Assembly: GCA_035999335.1 (NCBI GenBank)
Contig: DASYGV010000086.1
Coordinates: 66,991 to 130,990 of the forward strand
Direction of reading: 5' to 3'
Source of the DNA: Thermoanaerobaculia bacterium
Lineage (GTDB): Bacteria; Acidobacteriota; Thermoanaerobaculia; Gp7-AA8
Length of the DNA: 64,000 nucleotides
Part shown: in pieces, positions 37,913-48,426 of the stretch
Numbering within the stretch: position 1 is the first letter of the stretch
Layout of the letters: every line of letters begins with the position of its first letter
The notes under the pieces: model-generated
What the model saw: the letters and a program-made list of their open reading frames with translations, nothing else
Database searches by the model: none
What the model was told of the DNA's origin: nothing
Translations under genes and position numbers: made by a program

Positions 37913-39073
37913 GTGAAGTTGAAACCGCAAGTCATCCTCCTCGGCGTCGCGGCGTTGCTGAACGACGCGGCGAGCGAGTTGATCTACCCGCTCCTCCCCG
38001 TTTTCCTCACCACGACCCTCGGCGCGACGCCGATGGTCATCGGGCTCATCGAAGGCGTCGCGGACTCCTTCGCGTCGATCCTCAAATACTTCTCCGGCGC
38101 GTGGTCCGACCGCGCGAAGCGGCGCAAGCCGATGATCCTCTCCGGCTATGCGCTGGCCGCGGGCGCGCGCGCTCTCATCGCCGCGGCGACGATGTGGCCG
38201 CTCGTCCTCACCGCGCGACTGGTCGACCGCGCCGGCAAAGGCATCCGCTCCGCGCCGCGCGACGCGATGATCTCCGACGTTACTCCGGCGGGCCAACGCG
38301 GACGCGCGTACGGCTTTCATCGCGCGCTCGATCACACCGGTGCGATCGTCGGACCTTTGCTTGCCGTACTTCTTTTGCAGGGACTCGGATTCTCACTCCG
38401 CGCGACGTTCTACTTCGCTGTCATCCCCGGCGCGATCGCTGTCGTGATGCTCGCGTTCCTCCTCAAAGAGGAAAAACCGCTCGAGCCCACGGAAGGCTCA
38501 CAATCCGCAACCCGCAACTCGCAACTCCCCACGACCTTCCGAAGCGCGATCTTCGCGATCGCGCTGTTCTCCCTCGCCAACTCCAGCGACGCGTTTCTTC
38601 TCCTGCAGGCGCACGCCGCCGGCGTTTCCACGGCGATGCTTCCCCTGCTCTGGGCCGCGCATCACGTGATCCGGTCGCTCTTCTCCACGCTCGCCGGTGC
38701 GTACTCCGATCGCGTCGATCGCCGCCGGCTCCTCGTCGCGGGCTGGTCCGTCTACGCGCTGATCTACATCCTCTTCCCGTTCGCGGGCTCACTCATCGCG
38801 TTCGTGGTCCTGTTCGTCCTCTACGCGATCCCGTTCACGCTCACCGAGGGCGCGGAGCGCGCGTGGATCGCGGACCTCGTCCCCGCCGAATCGCGCGGAC
38901 GCAGTTTCGGGATCTACTACCTCGCGAACGGAGTGTGCGTGCTCGCGGGAACCGCACTGTTCGGGGTGATCTACCAGGAGGTCTCGGCGCGAGCGGCGTT
39001 CTTCACGGGAGCGGGGTTGGCGATGCTGGCGGTTGTGGCGGTCAGTCAAGTGGGACGGCGACGGTCCAGGTAG
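37913..39073 (+). CDS. MFS transporter
   Basis: 12-TM architecture and the MFS loop motif DRAGKGIRSAPRDAMISD. GTG start. The central cytoplasmic loop contains a half-copy of the gttgcga-type palindrome (encodes SQSATRNSQLP). Confidence 0.75.
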   Translation: MKLKPQVILLGVAALLNDAASELIYPLLPVFLTTTLGATPMVIGLIEGVADSFASILKYFSGAWSDRAKRRKPMILSGYALAAGARALIAAATMWPLVLTARLVDRAGKGIRSAPRDAMISDVTPAGQRGRAYGFHRALDHTGAIVGPLLAVLLLQGLGFSLRATFYFAVIPGAIAVVMLAFLLKEEKPLEPTEGSQSATRNSQLPTTFRSAIFAIALFSLANSSDAFLLLQAHAAGVSTAMLPLLWAAHHVIRSLFSTLAGAYSDRVDRRRLLVAGWSVYALIYILFPFAGSLIAFVVLFVLYAIPFTLTEGAERAWIADLVPAESRGRSFGIYYLANGVCVLAGTALFGVIYQEVSARAAFFTGAGLAMLAVVAVSQVGRRRSR

Positions 39074-39963
39074 TCCAAAAACAGCGGCACGACGGAGCGC
39101 ACCACCACGCCACGCACATCGAGCCCTCTCGCATTGCGATGGCTGTTCGTGACGCCGATCGCCTCGAACAATCCGGACGCCTTGATCCGCTCGAGAGCCC
39201 CCTCGGGGAACACGCCATGCGTCGCGATCGCGAACATCTTCCCCGCGCCGGCGTCGCGATACGCGCGAGCGGCGTTGATGAGCGAGCTGCCGGTGCGGAT
39301 CATGTCGTCGTAGATCACGACCGTCTCGCCCGACAGCGCCGTGCTCACCGCCGTCACCTCGGTCGTCTCCGCGCTGAGGCGACGCTTGTACGCGAACGCC
39401 GCGGGAACGCCGAGGTCGTTCGCGAGGGAGACCACCCACTTCGCGCGGCCCGCGTCCGTCGAGCCGAGAATGAAACGCTCGCCCGCGAGGTCGCGCGCGA
39501 GCTGCTGGATCACCGGCTTCGCGTACACGTGAAACGGACGGATCGTTCCTTCGAAATAGTGCGCGATGCCTTCGCTGTGCAGATCGAGCAGCAGGATCTG
39601 ATTGCCGAGTTTCGCGCGCGGAATCGACGAGAGCAGGCGCGCGCGGTTCTTCGCCATCACCGACTCGCCTTGCATCACCGCGCGCTCCATCGTCGAGTAG
39701 CCGAAGTACGGCACGACCAGCGTCAGCGTCGACACGCCGGACTCCACGAGCGCGCAGGCGAGGTCGTAGAGCTCGAGCGTTCCCTCGTGATCGCACGTCC
39801 CGCCGACCAGCACCGCATCGTGGTCGTTCACCTCGTCTTCGACGCGCAGGTAATGTTCGCCGTCGGGAAAGAGGTCCCGCGCGATCGTCCCCATCGGTGC
39901 GCCCGCGAGCCGTGCGAGCTCGGACGCGAACGCTTCGTAGTCGACGATCGAGTAGACGATCAT
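39046..39963 (-). CDS. prs: ribose-phosphate pyrophosphokinase (PRPP synthetase)
   Basis: PRPP-binding loop VIYDDMIRTGSSL and N-terminal Prs motifs; 305 aa. Confidence 0.85.
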   Translation of the reverse strand: MIVYSIVDYEAFASELARLAGAPMGTIARDLFPDGEHYLRVEDEVNDHDAVLVGGTCDHEGTLELYDLACALVESGVSTLTLVVPYFGYSTMERAVMQGESVMAKNRARLLSSIPRAKLGNQILLLDLHSEGIAHYFEGTIRPFHVYAKPVIQQLARDLAGERFILGSTDAGRAKWVVSLANDLGVPAAFAYKRRLSAETTEVTAVSTALSGETVVIYDDMIRTGSSLINAARAYRDAGAGKMFAIATHGVFPEGALERIKASGLFEAIGVTNSHRNARGLDVRGVVVRSVVPLFLDYLDRRRPT

Positions 39964-39984
39964 GATCAGAGCGCGGAGGGCAAG

Positions 39985-40040
39985 GCGCAGGGCGCAGGAG
40001 AAAACGCTTCTGCGCCCTGTCCCCTGCGCCCTGCGCCCAG
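39985..40040. repeat. heptamer-built palindrome (ggcgcag units), relative of 16262-16340
   Basis: ggcaaggcgcagggcgcaggagaaaacgcttctgcgccctgtcccctgcgccctgcgccc. Confidence 0.8.
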
Positions 40041-40042
40041 CA

Positions 40043-40789
<747 letters not shown>

Positions 40790-40841
40790 GGGAACTCCTC
40801 ATGGTTTTGAATATCGTGACGAGAGTTGTATAGGTTAATGC

Positions 40842-41054
40842 ATGGCGCCCGAATTCCCCATCCGCATCATCTCGGACGACGGCGGCTGCGAGGTCGTCGA
40901 GTCCCCCGAGGAGTTGATGACGCGCGTCGACTCCCTCGACTCGACCGATCCCGCCGCGCGGATCTGGGTGCGGGACGCGTACGACCGGACGGTCAGGATC
41001 CGCGTGCGGGGCGGGGTGGTGGAGGAGTTGGAAGTCCTGAGTGCTGAATCCTGA
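40842..41054 (+). CDS. small hypothetical protein (70 aa)
   Basis: ORF with balanced composition. The C-terminal codons run into a heptamer hairpin (tcctgagtgctgaatcctga). Confidence 0.3.
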   Translation: MAPEFPIRIISDDGGCEVVESPEELMTRVDSLDSTDPAARIWVRDAYDRTVRIRVRGGVVEELEVLSAES

Positions 41055-41099
41055 GTCATGAGGGGTGCCAGGATTCACGACGTGAAGTGAGGTTTTCTC

Positions 41100-41215
41100 C
41101 GCGAAGCCTCTGTGTCCTCTGTGTCCCGGTGGTGAATCGGTCTCTTCATCCCGCGAGGGACATAGGAACTCACCACAGAGCCACCGAGCACACAGAGGCT
41201 TCGCGGAGAAAAGCT
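41100..41215. repeat. long imperfect palindrome (gcgaagcctctgtgtcctctgtgtcccggtggtga … tcaccacagagccaccgagcacacagaggcttcgc)
   Basis: About 35-bp arms with ctctgtgt units. It marks the left edge of the accessory segment. Confidence 0.8.
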
Positions 41216-41299
41216 CTTTCGCGTCCGGGGTAACCGCTGCGTTAGCCGGCCGGATCGCGAAGCGTAGCAATGTTGCGCCGACCGCCTGACAACCGCGGG

Positions 41300-41695
41300 C
41301 TACGCTCCGCGGGGTTCCCGCGAAAAATCGTAGAAAACGCGAAACAGGTTGCCATCCAGATCTGCGACCGTGAACTCATGCAACTTCCACGGCTTGGACT
41401 CGGGACGAGAAACGATTCGCGCCTGGGAGTTACTCCACGCCTCGTACAAGTCGTCTACTTCTTGCTTGCTATCGAGGTTGAGCCAGATCAATACGGGCGC
41501 TGCATTCCCGTAAGGTGCTCGAAAAACGCGGTTTGTCAGGAACATTCTGCAGCTTCCCTTCGAGATTCCTGCGATCCCACCGTCCTCACCACCCCAATCG
41601 ATGCTGAAGCCCAGTTGGTTCTTGTAATACGCCGCAGCCAGATCGACGTCATTGACAGGGATTTCAGGAACGGCACCTGGGAATTCGTTTTCCAT
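41300..41695 (-). CDS. VOC (glyoxalase/bleomycin-resistance) family protein
   Basis: Start MENEF. Two beta-alpha-beta-beta-beta modules (EIPVNDVDLAAAYYKNQLGF; KLHEFTVADLDGNLFRVFYD). Confidence 0.6.
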   Translation of the reverse strand: MENEFPGAVPEIPVNDVDLAAAYYKNQLGFSIDWGGEDGGIAGISKGSCRMFLTNRVFRAPYGNAAPVLIWLNLDSKQEVDDLYEAWSNSQARIVSRPESKPWKLHEFTVADLDGNLFRVFYDFSREPRGA

Positions 41696-41716
41696 TCTGG
41701 CCCCCAAACGACCATC

Positions 41717-42166
41717 TCACTTCGGCGTCAGCTTGCGTTCTACGTTGGCGGGCTCCAACTGCCACATCGCGCCACTCATGGCGTCGACGCCGAACCCGAC
41801 TCCACCGATCAGTGCACCGAGAAGGAAATCGATGAACGCCTGATCCGAGTGCCGGGTCGCACCACTCACTCCGCCGACGATCGGGGCGCCGAAGTTTCCC
41901 CAAAACCAGGCGCTCGGACTCGAATCGAACACCACAGTCTCGGACTGATAGCCGGGCCGCGTCAGAATGAGCGAACACGTCTCGACGCGGCGCGGTAGAC
42001 GAACCGTCGTCGGCGTCACCGCCGCCGGCTGCACCTTCCCGCAGCGAACGTCCACGGTGGCGCCGGCGGGATCGGTGACGACGCTGATCTCCTGATGACG
42101 CCCGTTGTGCACAGTCGCACAACCCTGCGTGAGAATGACTACCGCCACGAGGATCTTGAGGTTCAT
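41717..42166 (-). CDS. lipoprotein, hypothetical (C-terminal Gly-zipper segment)
   Basis: MNLKILVAVVILTQGC lipobox. C-terminal GNFGAPIVGGVSGA…GALIGGVGFG. Confidence 0.45.
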   Translation of the reverse strand: MNLKILVAVVILTQGCATVHNGRHQEISVVTDPAGATVDVRCGKVQPAAVTPTTVRLPRRVETCSLILTRPGYQSETVVFDSSPSAWFWGNFGAPIVGGVSGATRHSDQAFIDFLLGALIGGVGFGVDAMSGAMWQLEPANVERKLTPK

Positions 42167-42180
42167 GTGACTGGCTCCTT

Positions 42181-42555
42181 TCACTCGAGCTCACGAACTC
42201 GTAGCGATCCCTTCTCCAGCACTTCTTCGATGGCAGAACCACCGAAGCGATCGTGAACCTCGAGCGCGGTCAATTCCTCGACCGGCACACCGTTGCTGTG
42301 CGAACCTCGGAGATAGCCGTCGCGAAAGAGGCGAAATGTCATTGCGGACTTGGCAGCAACAGCACGAGACAGTTCGGTGGGGACTGGGGAATCCAGAACG
42401 TCGCGCCGCTGCTCGGAGACAAGACGCGCTCCTTCCTGTAGCCACTTTGCGTATGGGTCAGACCACCGCGGGTGCGAGAGCACGCTTTCAAGATTGCGAC
42501 CTTCTGAGCGGAAGGCCGAGAGCAGTTCCCAGAACTTCATCGCTGGAGGCGTCAT
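42181..42555 (-). CDS. hypothetical protein
   Basis: ORF with protein-like composition and lower GC (about 58%). Confidence 0.35.
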   Translation of the reverse strand: MTPPAMKFWELLSAFRSEGRNLESVLSHPRWSDPYAKWLQEGARLVSEQRRDVLDSPVPTELSRAVAAKSAMTFRLFRDGYLRGSHSNGVPVEELTALEVHDRFGGSAIEEVLEKGSLRVRELE

Positions 42556-42627
42556 CTTGCTCGTCGCCCAACGGCCTGGCGCTCAGCCGCGCCAACCGCA
42601 CGCGAAAGAGTAGCGCACTTGGAGGAG

Positions 42628-43698
42628 CTATCTCCGATCGCTGACCGAGTCTTCGTCTTCCGACGCGGCAAGCACCTGTGCCGCAAAATGCCGCACGGCG
42701 TCGTTGTCGTCGCGTTCCGTGACCGAGCGGAGCACGGGCAGGGCGGGCGCACAGTAGTCTCTGAGGCCGTGCTTGCTCCAGAGCGAGAAGGCGAAGGCGG
42801 CGCTGCGGCGGACGGTGGGCTCGGCGTCGGTGAGCAACTCGATCATCCGCGGGACCAGGGAGGTGGCATCGACGCCTTTCCGCGGCAGGGTCGCCACGGC
42901 GATCGCCGCAATCTTGCGCACCTCGGCCTCGGCGTCCTGAAGGAGCGTCCCCAGCGAGCTCGTGAGCGAGGCCTCGGCGCGCTCGACGCTGATGAGGGCT
43001 TCGCAGGCGGCTGCGCGTACACGCATGTCTCCGGAGGCAAGCAGAGTCTGGACGCCCGGCCAATCACCGGTGCGGCCGTGCTGGTAAGTGAGGGCTCCGC
43101 TCGCGAGCGCGCGGACGTCGGGGTCGCTCTCGGAGAGTAGAGCGGCAAGCGCTGTAGCCGCCGAGGCCAGATCGATCCCTCGCTTTCCCGCTTCGGCCAT
43201 GCCTCTGACGGCGTTCTTGCGCACCGCCTCATCGCTCGACGACAGGAGGGGAATAGCCTCCGGCAGGTCCTGTCTCAGCCGCTGCGTGACGAAGAACTCC
43301 TGTGCCTGTTTCCAGGCGGCAACTCCTTCCTCGGTGACCATGCCGCGTTCCGCGTTCTCCGCGAAGATGTTGACCTTGGTCTGGAGCACCGAGAGCAGGT
43401 CGTCCGTCACCCGAGCCCCGCGATCGACGAGGAATTGCGCGAGGTCGAAATGGCCGTGGCTGGCCGCGTTCGCGAGCGGCGTGAGCCCGCCGCCGCTGCC
43501 TTTGTTCTCGATGTCGGCACCCGCCTCGAGCAGACGCTTCACGACCTCCAAGTGGCCGAACAGCGCCGCCCCGTTCAAGGACGTATTGTTGTATTCGTCC
43601 TTGACGTCCACGTTCGCTCCCGCCTCGAGAGCCCGCGAAACGGCGTCCAGGTTGCCCTCGGAGGCGGCCTTCAGCAGATCAGCATCGGCGGTTGTCAT
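42628..43698 (-). CDS. ankyrin-repeat + HEAT/PBS-lyase-repeat protein
   Basis: Three ANK repeats (GNLDAVSRALEAGANVDVKD…G.TPL..A…GH…V..LL..GA) are followed by HEAT-like repeats (VRRSAAFAF, VRAAACEAL, VRKNAVRGM). Confidence 0.75.
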   Translation of the reverse strand: MTTADADLLKAASEGNLDAVSRALEAGANVDVKDEYNNTSLNGAALFGHLEVVKRLLEAGADIENKGSGGGLTPLANAASHGHFDLAQFLVDRGARVTDDLLSVLQTKVNIFAENAERGMVTEEGVAAWKQAQEFFVTQRLRQDLPEAIPLLSSSDEAVRKNAVRGMAEAGKRGIDLASAATALAALLSESDPDVRALASGALTYQHGRTGDWPGVQTLLASGDMRVRAAACEALISVERAEASLTSSLGTLLQDAEAEVRKIAAIAVATLPRKGVDATSLVPRMIELLTDAEPTVRRSAAFAFSLWSKHGLRDYCAPALPVLRSVTERDDNDAVRHFAAQVLAASEDEDSVSDRR

Positions 43699-43706
43699 CG
43701 TTCACC

Positions 43707-44108
43707 TCATGAGCTCACGGTTGGTCCAGTGTCACGATGCGTCAAGGTCAAGATGAGTGCTACGAGGAAGACTAGTCCGCCGAAGACCTTGATCGCAAAG
43801 ACCCACGTTGTGGGAATTGGAGCAGGGTCCGACTGGCCAGTACGCATGGCGTACCAATGGTACGAAATGCTGCTATACGCCATGCCGCAGGCGAAACCCC
43901 ATGCCGCGGCGAGCACGGACCGAGGGCCGCTGCTGGAGGTCTTTCGCGTCACCCATGCGCCAGCGACCAAGAACCCTCCTATGAGGAAGTCGTCGAGGAA
44001 CGCGGGAGGATTGACCCACCAGGTGCCCCAACGACGAACGATCTCGGCGAGCGGCGTGAGCACGCCGAAGAGATAGGCCAGTCTGCGGCTAATGGCGAGC
44101 TGATACAT
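43707..44108 (-). CDS. hypothetical 4-TM membrane protein
   Basis: Four hydrophobic helices, Trp-rich; no recognised family. Confidence 0.4.
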   Translation of the reverse strand: MYQLAISRRLAYLFGVLTPLAEIVRRWGTWWVNPPAFLDDFLIGGFLVAGAWVTRKTSSSGPRSVLAAAWGFACGMAYSSISYHWYAMRTGQSDPAPIPTTWVFAIKVFGGLVFLVALILTLTHRDTGPTVSS

Positions 44109-44127
44109 TCTTTAGATCCTAAACGAC

Positions 44128-44484
44128 TCATTGCCGGAGAATCTTCTCGATCGCTTTTCCTTTTGCGAGCTCATCGATCAACTTGTCTAAATAGCGTAGT
44201 TTTTGCATCAGCGGATCTTCGATTTTTTCCACGCGAATACCACACACTACGCCTTTGATCAGAGAACTATTTGGATGAATGGCTGGTGCTTGCGCAAAAA
44301 AGGTCTCGAGATCGTTTTCCTGTTCGATTTGCTGCTGTAATCCCGCTCGGTCATAGCCAGTCAACCAGCAAATGATTCGGTCGACTTCTTCTTTCGTACG
44401 ATTCTTGTTTTCCGCTTTCTGAACATAGAGCGGATAGACCCTTGCAAACTTCATCGCGAAAATGTGATGTCTAGGCATCGTCAT
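44128..44484 (-). CDS. DUF2200-family protein
   Basis: [43 protein letters not shown] matches the conserved DUF2200 N-terminus. GC about 48%, far below the background. Confidence 0.6.
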   Translation of the reverse strand: MTMPRHHIFAMKFARVYPLYVQKAENKNRTKEEVDRIICWLTGYDRAGLQQQIEQENDLETFFAQAPAIHPNSSLIKGVVCGIRVEKIEDPLMQKLRYLDKLIDELAKGKAIEKILRQ

Positions 44485-44518
44485 TCCTCCGGTGGGTCGA
44501 GGTCCGACACGCATGGAC

Positions 44519-44911
44519 TCAATCAGCCCAATGATCGAACGGCCGATCCGTGAGCGGATCTGAACCGAAACGCAAGATGTGCCCGTCCGGATCTTCAACG
44601 TGGATTTCCAGCGCCCACGGATAATTGCGCGGCGGCTGCCGGACGCGGGCGCCCGACTGCAGATACTCCCGATAAAGGTCGTCTACGTCCTCGACTCCGA
44701 TCCACGCCCACGTCCCCGGCTGTCCCTGAGCACCTCGGCAGAGATAAATGGAGGCGCCGTCGCGTGACACCGAAGTGAAGTCGTCTGAGCCCCATTCCGC
44801 GTTCACGAACCCAAGGACTCGAGTGTAGTAGAGAACGCTGGCACCCATATCGGACACGCGCAGAATGGGCTCAGCGTGTTCAAATCTCGTTCGTCCGTGA
44901 TCGGTTGCCAT
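44519..44911 (-). CDS. VOC (glyoxalase/bleomycin-resistance) family protein
   Basis: Start [26 protein letters not shown] and [16 protein letters not shown] modules. Confidence 0.6.
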   Translation of the reverse strand: MATDHGRTRFEHAEPILRVSDMGASVLYYTRVLGFVNAEWGSDDFTSVSRDGASIYLCRGAQGQPGTWAWIGVEDVDDLYREYLQSGARVRQPPRNYPWALEIHVEDPDGHILRFGSDPLTDRPFDHWAD

Positions 44912-44949
44912 GCCAAACCTCCAACAAAAGGTGTTGAGCCGTCGCGACT

Positions 44950-45060
44950 GTGGCCTAACGTCCCGCGGTTCACCGGCGCGAACCGCGCGCCGAGACCGTG
45001 GCTCTTGGAACACAGTAAAGCAGCGGTTCGCGTCCGGTGCAACCGCTTAGTTGAGCGCGC
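44950..45060. repeat. about 100-bp two-hairpin element, copy A (cgcggttcaccggcgcgaaccgcg … gcagcggttcgcgtccggtgcaaccgct)
   Basis: A near-identical copy B lies at 45480-45590. The two bracket the LRR gene as direct repeats. Confidence 0.75.
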
Positions 45061-45065
45061 ACTCG

Positions 45066-45473
45066 CTAGACGATCACCACCACACCAGGAATCGCCTTGC
45101 TTAGCGCGTGAACACCAGACTCGGTGACAGCTGTATACGCGAGTGACACAAATCGCAGACTCACAGCACCAGCAAGGGCTCGCAGGCCAGCGTCCGTGAC
45201 GGCGGTGTCTTCCAGCCACAGCTCCTCGAGCGCGGGCAGAGCCGCAACCTTCAGGAGGGAACGATCTGTGATCGACGTGCTATCCAGGTCGAGGCATCGC
45301 AGCACCATCAGCTGCGGAAGCGCGGCGAGTTCGTCATCCCCAACGTTAGAGCCTTCGAGACTCAACGCCTGGGTATCAGGAGGAATCGCGGAGAGGCTGT
45401 CCGACGACACGCTCTCATGGCGGACGAAGTACGGAGTGTCTTTCAGCGTGAAGATGAGACGACTGTCGTGCAT
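45066..45473 (-). CDS. leucine-rich-repeat (LRR) protein
   Basis: Repeated L..L.L..T.ITD..L units (LRCLDLDSTSITDRSLLKVAALPALEELWLEDTAVTDAGLRAL). Confidence 0.55.
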   Translation of the reverse strand: MHDSRLIFTLKDTPYFVRHESVSSDSLSAIPPDTQALSLEGSNVGDDELAALPQLMVLRCLDLDSTSITDRSLLKVAALPALEELWLEDTAVTDAGLRALAGAVSLRFVSLAYTAVTESGVHALSKAIPGVVVIV

Positions 45474-45479
45474 GCGCGC

Positions 45480-45590
45480 CCAACGTTCCTGCGGTTCATC
45501 CGCGCGAACCGCGCGGAAGAAGTGTAAACCTTGCGACGCATGAAGGCAGCGGTTCGCGTCGGGTGCAACCGCTCAGTTAGACGGCGACGG
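45480..45590. repeat. about 100-bp two-hairpin element, copy B
   Basis: gcggttcatccgcgcgaaccgcgcgg … gcagcggttcgcgtcgggtgcaaccgct; a direct repeat of copy A. Confidence 0.75.
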
Positions 45591-45921
45591 CCGGAAGCCA
45601 CCCCATGCCGCCGCACTCGCACTGCACGTTCGCGGGCGCGGGCTTACCAGCGATCAATGGGCGACCCGTTCCATCACACGTTGAACAAGTCGCACAGTCC
45701 GACGTTCGAACTGGAGCAAGCCAGTGCAGTTGGGGATATCGCCGATGACCGGCGGCGAACGCGAGATGGCGGATTCCTGCCCTCCAGCGGCCGGCTTCCG
45801 CGTGGTGAACATTCCGTGGAATATCACCTGGGCGTATGCCTGCACGATCAAAGATCCCGCCCGGGACGACGTTCACGATGAAGAGCAACTTGCTGCCCGG
45901 AAACGCTGGATGCGCGCCCAC
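45577..45921 (-). CDS. hypothetical Cys-rich protein (PDZ-like N-terminus; CxxCxxC…CxC zinc-ribbon-like C-terminus)
   Basis: VVPGGIFDRAGIRPGDI followed by CATCSTCDGTG…CECGG. Overlapping alternative ORFs exist, so this is a weak call. Confidence 0.25.
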   Translation of the reverse strand: MGAHPAFPGSKLLFIVNVVPGGIFDRAGIRPGDIPRNVHHAEAGRWRAGIRHLAFAAGHRRYPQLHWLAPVRTSDCATCSTCDGTGRPLIAGKPAPANVQCECGGMGWLPAVAV

Positions 45922-46119
45922 TTCTGCATGGAGCCGAGATCCCGTTCAAGTGCCGGCGCGATTGTCTTGACGAATGCCAATCCATGACCGTCGGCATGAA
46001 GGTCAATAGGAGTACGAGTGGAAAGATCACTCCGAAGAAGCTTCCGACGATCACCCACTGCGCTCGTGAAAGACGTATGAGGCCGTTCATTCCGCCGTCC
46101 AATGGCCACGTGGACGGCG

Positions 46120-46725
46120 CTACAACCCGGCTTCGCAAACCGTTACAGCCTCTTCGTCGGTCATTTGCCGAGGATCCCTACCGTCACAGATATTGGCGCG
46201 AGTCTTCGGAGGCAAGGAGCGTAGTGTGCTGATTGTCCGTGCCGAATCCTCTTCAAGCAACCAGTCGAACGCCGGCCACGCCACCTCTCCAAGTTCGCCG
46301 TCGGTGAGCAGACACAGTTCGATGAATTCACGGTGGTAGCGTCCATGACGTTGAACGAGACGGGCAGCGGTGTCAAACATGTCATATATGGTTTCGGAGA
46401 CCGCGCGATGCTCGCAGACATCACGCGCATACGTGAGTTCGTAGATACGTTGCAACTCGATTCGTGTACGAGGAAGCGACCGAAGGTATCTCAACTCTTC
46501 GCGCCATGTCGGATTCAAGGACAAGCGTTGGTGTCGATAAAGCGCAACGATCCCGGGATTCATCGCCCAAATCCGGTTGAACGCGGCATCAAGCGCAGCG
46601 ACCGTCGATGCGTCACCGAGCGCCAAGATGGCTTCGTGAGGGATCGACGAGCCTGGACAGTCCGCCGCGATTGGCGAGGCAATGACAAGAGTAACGAAGA
46701 GCGAACAGGCCAGTCGATGTGTCAT
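46120..46725 (-). CDS. secreted hypothetical protein
   Basis: Start MTHRLACSLFVTLVIASPIAA (signal peptide). Lower GC (about 55%). Confidence 0.45.
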   Translation of the reverse strand: MTHRLACSLFVTLVIASPIAADCPGSSIPHEAILALGDASTVAALDAAFNRIWAMNPGIVALYRHQRLSLNPTWREELRYLRSLPRTRIELQRIYELTYARDVCEHRAVSETIYDMFDTAARLVQRHGRYHREFIELCLLTDGELGEVAWPAFDWLLEEDSARTISTLRSLPPKTRANICDGRDPRQMTDEEAVTVCEAGL

Positions 46726-46878
46726 GGAATCCTTGATTGCGCCTGCGCCGCCCAACTCCGTCATGAGCCGATTAGACGTACCGCTTGAAATCGCTAAACA
46801 CGGAACGCGATTGCTGCGCTTCGTACGTGCTCAACTGACGGCACACGCTCATCTTACCTCCGGTGATGGCTCTCCGCG

Positions 46879-48426
46879 TCACCCCCGGCTGAAGCCGAGG
46901 CTGAAGCCGGGGGCTAGGAGAACTTCTTCCGCGGCGCGCACGCCGTGGTGGAGCGCTTCCTCGAACAGCGCGACTCCGCTGAGGTCCGTGTTTGCGAAGT
47001 GAATTGCGCCGTGCGGTTCGGACGCGCGGCGGCGCGCGTCGCTCCAGATGAAGCCAGGGCGCGGGCGGATCATCGCGTGGCCCCAGCGCATGACGTCGAC
47101 GCGTTCGGTGAGCGCGCGGATGTCGGGATGCGCGCGCGACAGGTCCGCGAGCGCGACCTCCGCCCATGCGTCGCGGCCCGCGGCGAGGAGCCGCTCGCGC
47201 TCGCGGCGCACGTCGCTGCCGCAGAGCGCGTAGTAATACGTCAGCACCGTCGGTCCGCGGTCGATGCCGCGCTGGTGCGTCGAGACGACGTAGCCGAGGG
47301 AGGGGCTGTCGTAGAGGACGTTGTCCCACGCGAGCGGAAATCCGTGCGACACCGGACGATCGCGCAACGCGAGATTCGCCACCATCCACGAGCCGTAGGT
47401 GAAGTCATTCGACGTCTCGCGTGTCGGAATCGCGTGCCGCGCAACGAACTGCGGTCCCGCGAAGATCACCTGTCTGGCGTGCACACCCACTGCCTCGTCG
47501 CCATGCACCGCGATCACGTCGCCGTTCGGAGCGATGTTCGTGACGAGCCAACCCGTGCGCGATTGTGCGAATTGGGCGAGATGCGCGACCACGCGCCCGT
47601 TCCCTTCTGGCCAGGTGATGAAAGCACGCTGCTCGCGTGAGGCGAAGTAGAAGACCGCCGCCCAGGCGCTCGTGTCGCCGAGGAGCGCGCCGTAGTCGTC
47701 GCGCGTCGCGTATTCGACGAGCCAGCGCAATCGCGGTGAGGTGAAGCCGCGCGCGTCCATCCATTCGTTCATGGAGATGCGATCGAGCGCCGTCACCTCC
47801 GCGTCGTCCGAACAGAGCGCGACCGGGATGTCGAACGCGCGGCGTCCGCGCGCATCGCGCCACGCCGACCATCGCGCGATCTCGGCCTCGAACGCACGCA
47901 GCTGGCGCAGGTCTTCGTGCGACGCGCCCGCGTTCAGGTAGAGACCCTCGTACCAGCGCCCGCGATAGAACACGCGCTCCTGAGGATCGCGGCAGAGGAA
48001 CTGCTCGGCGATCTCGCCGTTCTCGAGCACGCCCATTTCATCGAGCAACCGGATCAGCACGCGATTCTCGGGCGATGGCGCGACGATGTAGTGAGCGCCC
48101 CACGGGTACGACGTACCGCTGCGCGAAGTGCCTCCCAGTGCGGGCTCGAGCTCGAAGAGCACGACGTCGCGAACGCCCGCGTGGTGGAGATGCCACGCAG
48201 CGGCGAGTCCGGCGATGCCGCCACCGGCGATGACGACGTCGTGCGTCTCCCACCGCGACGGTTGCGGAATCACGCCGCCGCGCAGGCGATGTCCGATGCG
48301 ATCCGAAGCGCCGACCAACTCGCCCGGCGGCAGCGCGATCTCGCGCTCGCGACATGCCAGCGCCGCGAACGGCGCGCCGAGGAACGCCGTCAGCACGTCG
48401 CGGCGGCTCAGCTCCACTTGCGCCAC
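46879..48426 (-). CDS. FAD-dependent oxidoreductase (amine-oxidase/protoporphyrinogen-oxidase-like) with Tat-type signal
   Basis: [18 protein letters not shown] twin-Arg signal. [18 protein letters not shown]-binding GxGxxG. Confidence 0.75.
   Translation of the reverse strand: MAQVELSRRDVLTAFLGAPFAALACREREIALPPGELVGASDRIGHRLRGGVIPQPSRWETHDVVIAGGGIAGLAAAWHLHHAGVRDVVLFELEPALGGTSRSGTSYPWGAHYIVAPSPENRVLIRLLDEMGVLENGEIAEQFLCRDPQERVFYRGRWYEGLYLNAGASHEDLRQLRAFEAEIARWSAWRDARGRRAFDIPVALCSDDAEVTALDRISMNEWMDARGFTSPRLRWLVEYATRDDYGALLGDTSAWAAVFYFASREQRAFITWPEGNGRVVAHLAQFAQSRTGWLVTNIAPNGDVIAVHGDEAVGVHARQVIFAGPQFVARHAIPTRETSNDFTYGSWMVANLALRDRPVSHGFPLAWDNVLYDSPSLGYVVSTHQRGIDRGPTVLTYYYALCGSDVRRERERLLAAGRDAWAEVALADLSRAHPDIRALTERVDVMRWGHAMIRPRPGFIWSDARRRASEPHGAIHFANTDLSGVALFEEALHHGVRAAEEVLLAPGFSLGFSRG

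Noticed and set aside
45724-46232. Short overlapping ORFs on both strands in 45.6-46.2 kb (45724..45987 +, 45848..46138 -, 45984..46232 +)
   Set aside because: They conflict with one another and none has a motif. Only the 45577..45921 reading is listed, at very low confidence. The region may be non-coding or hold a small gene I cannot resolve.
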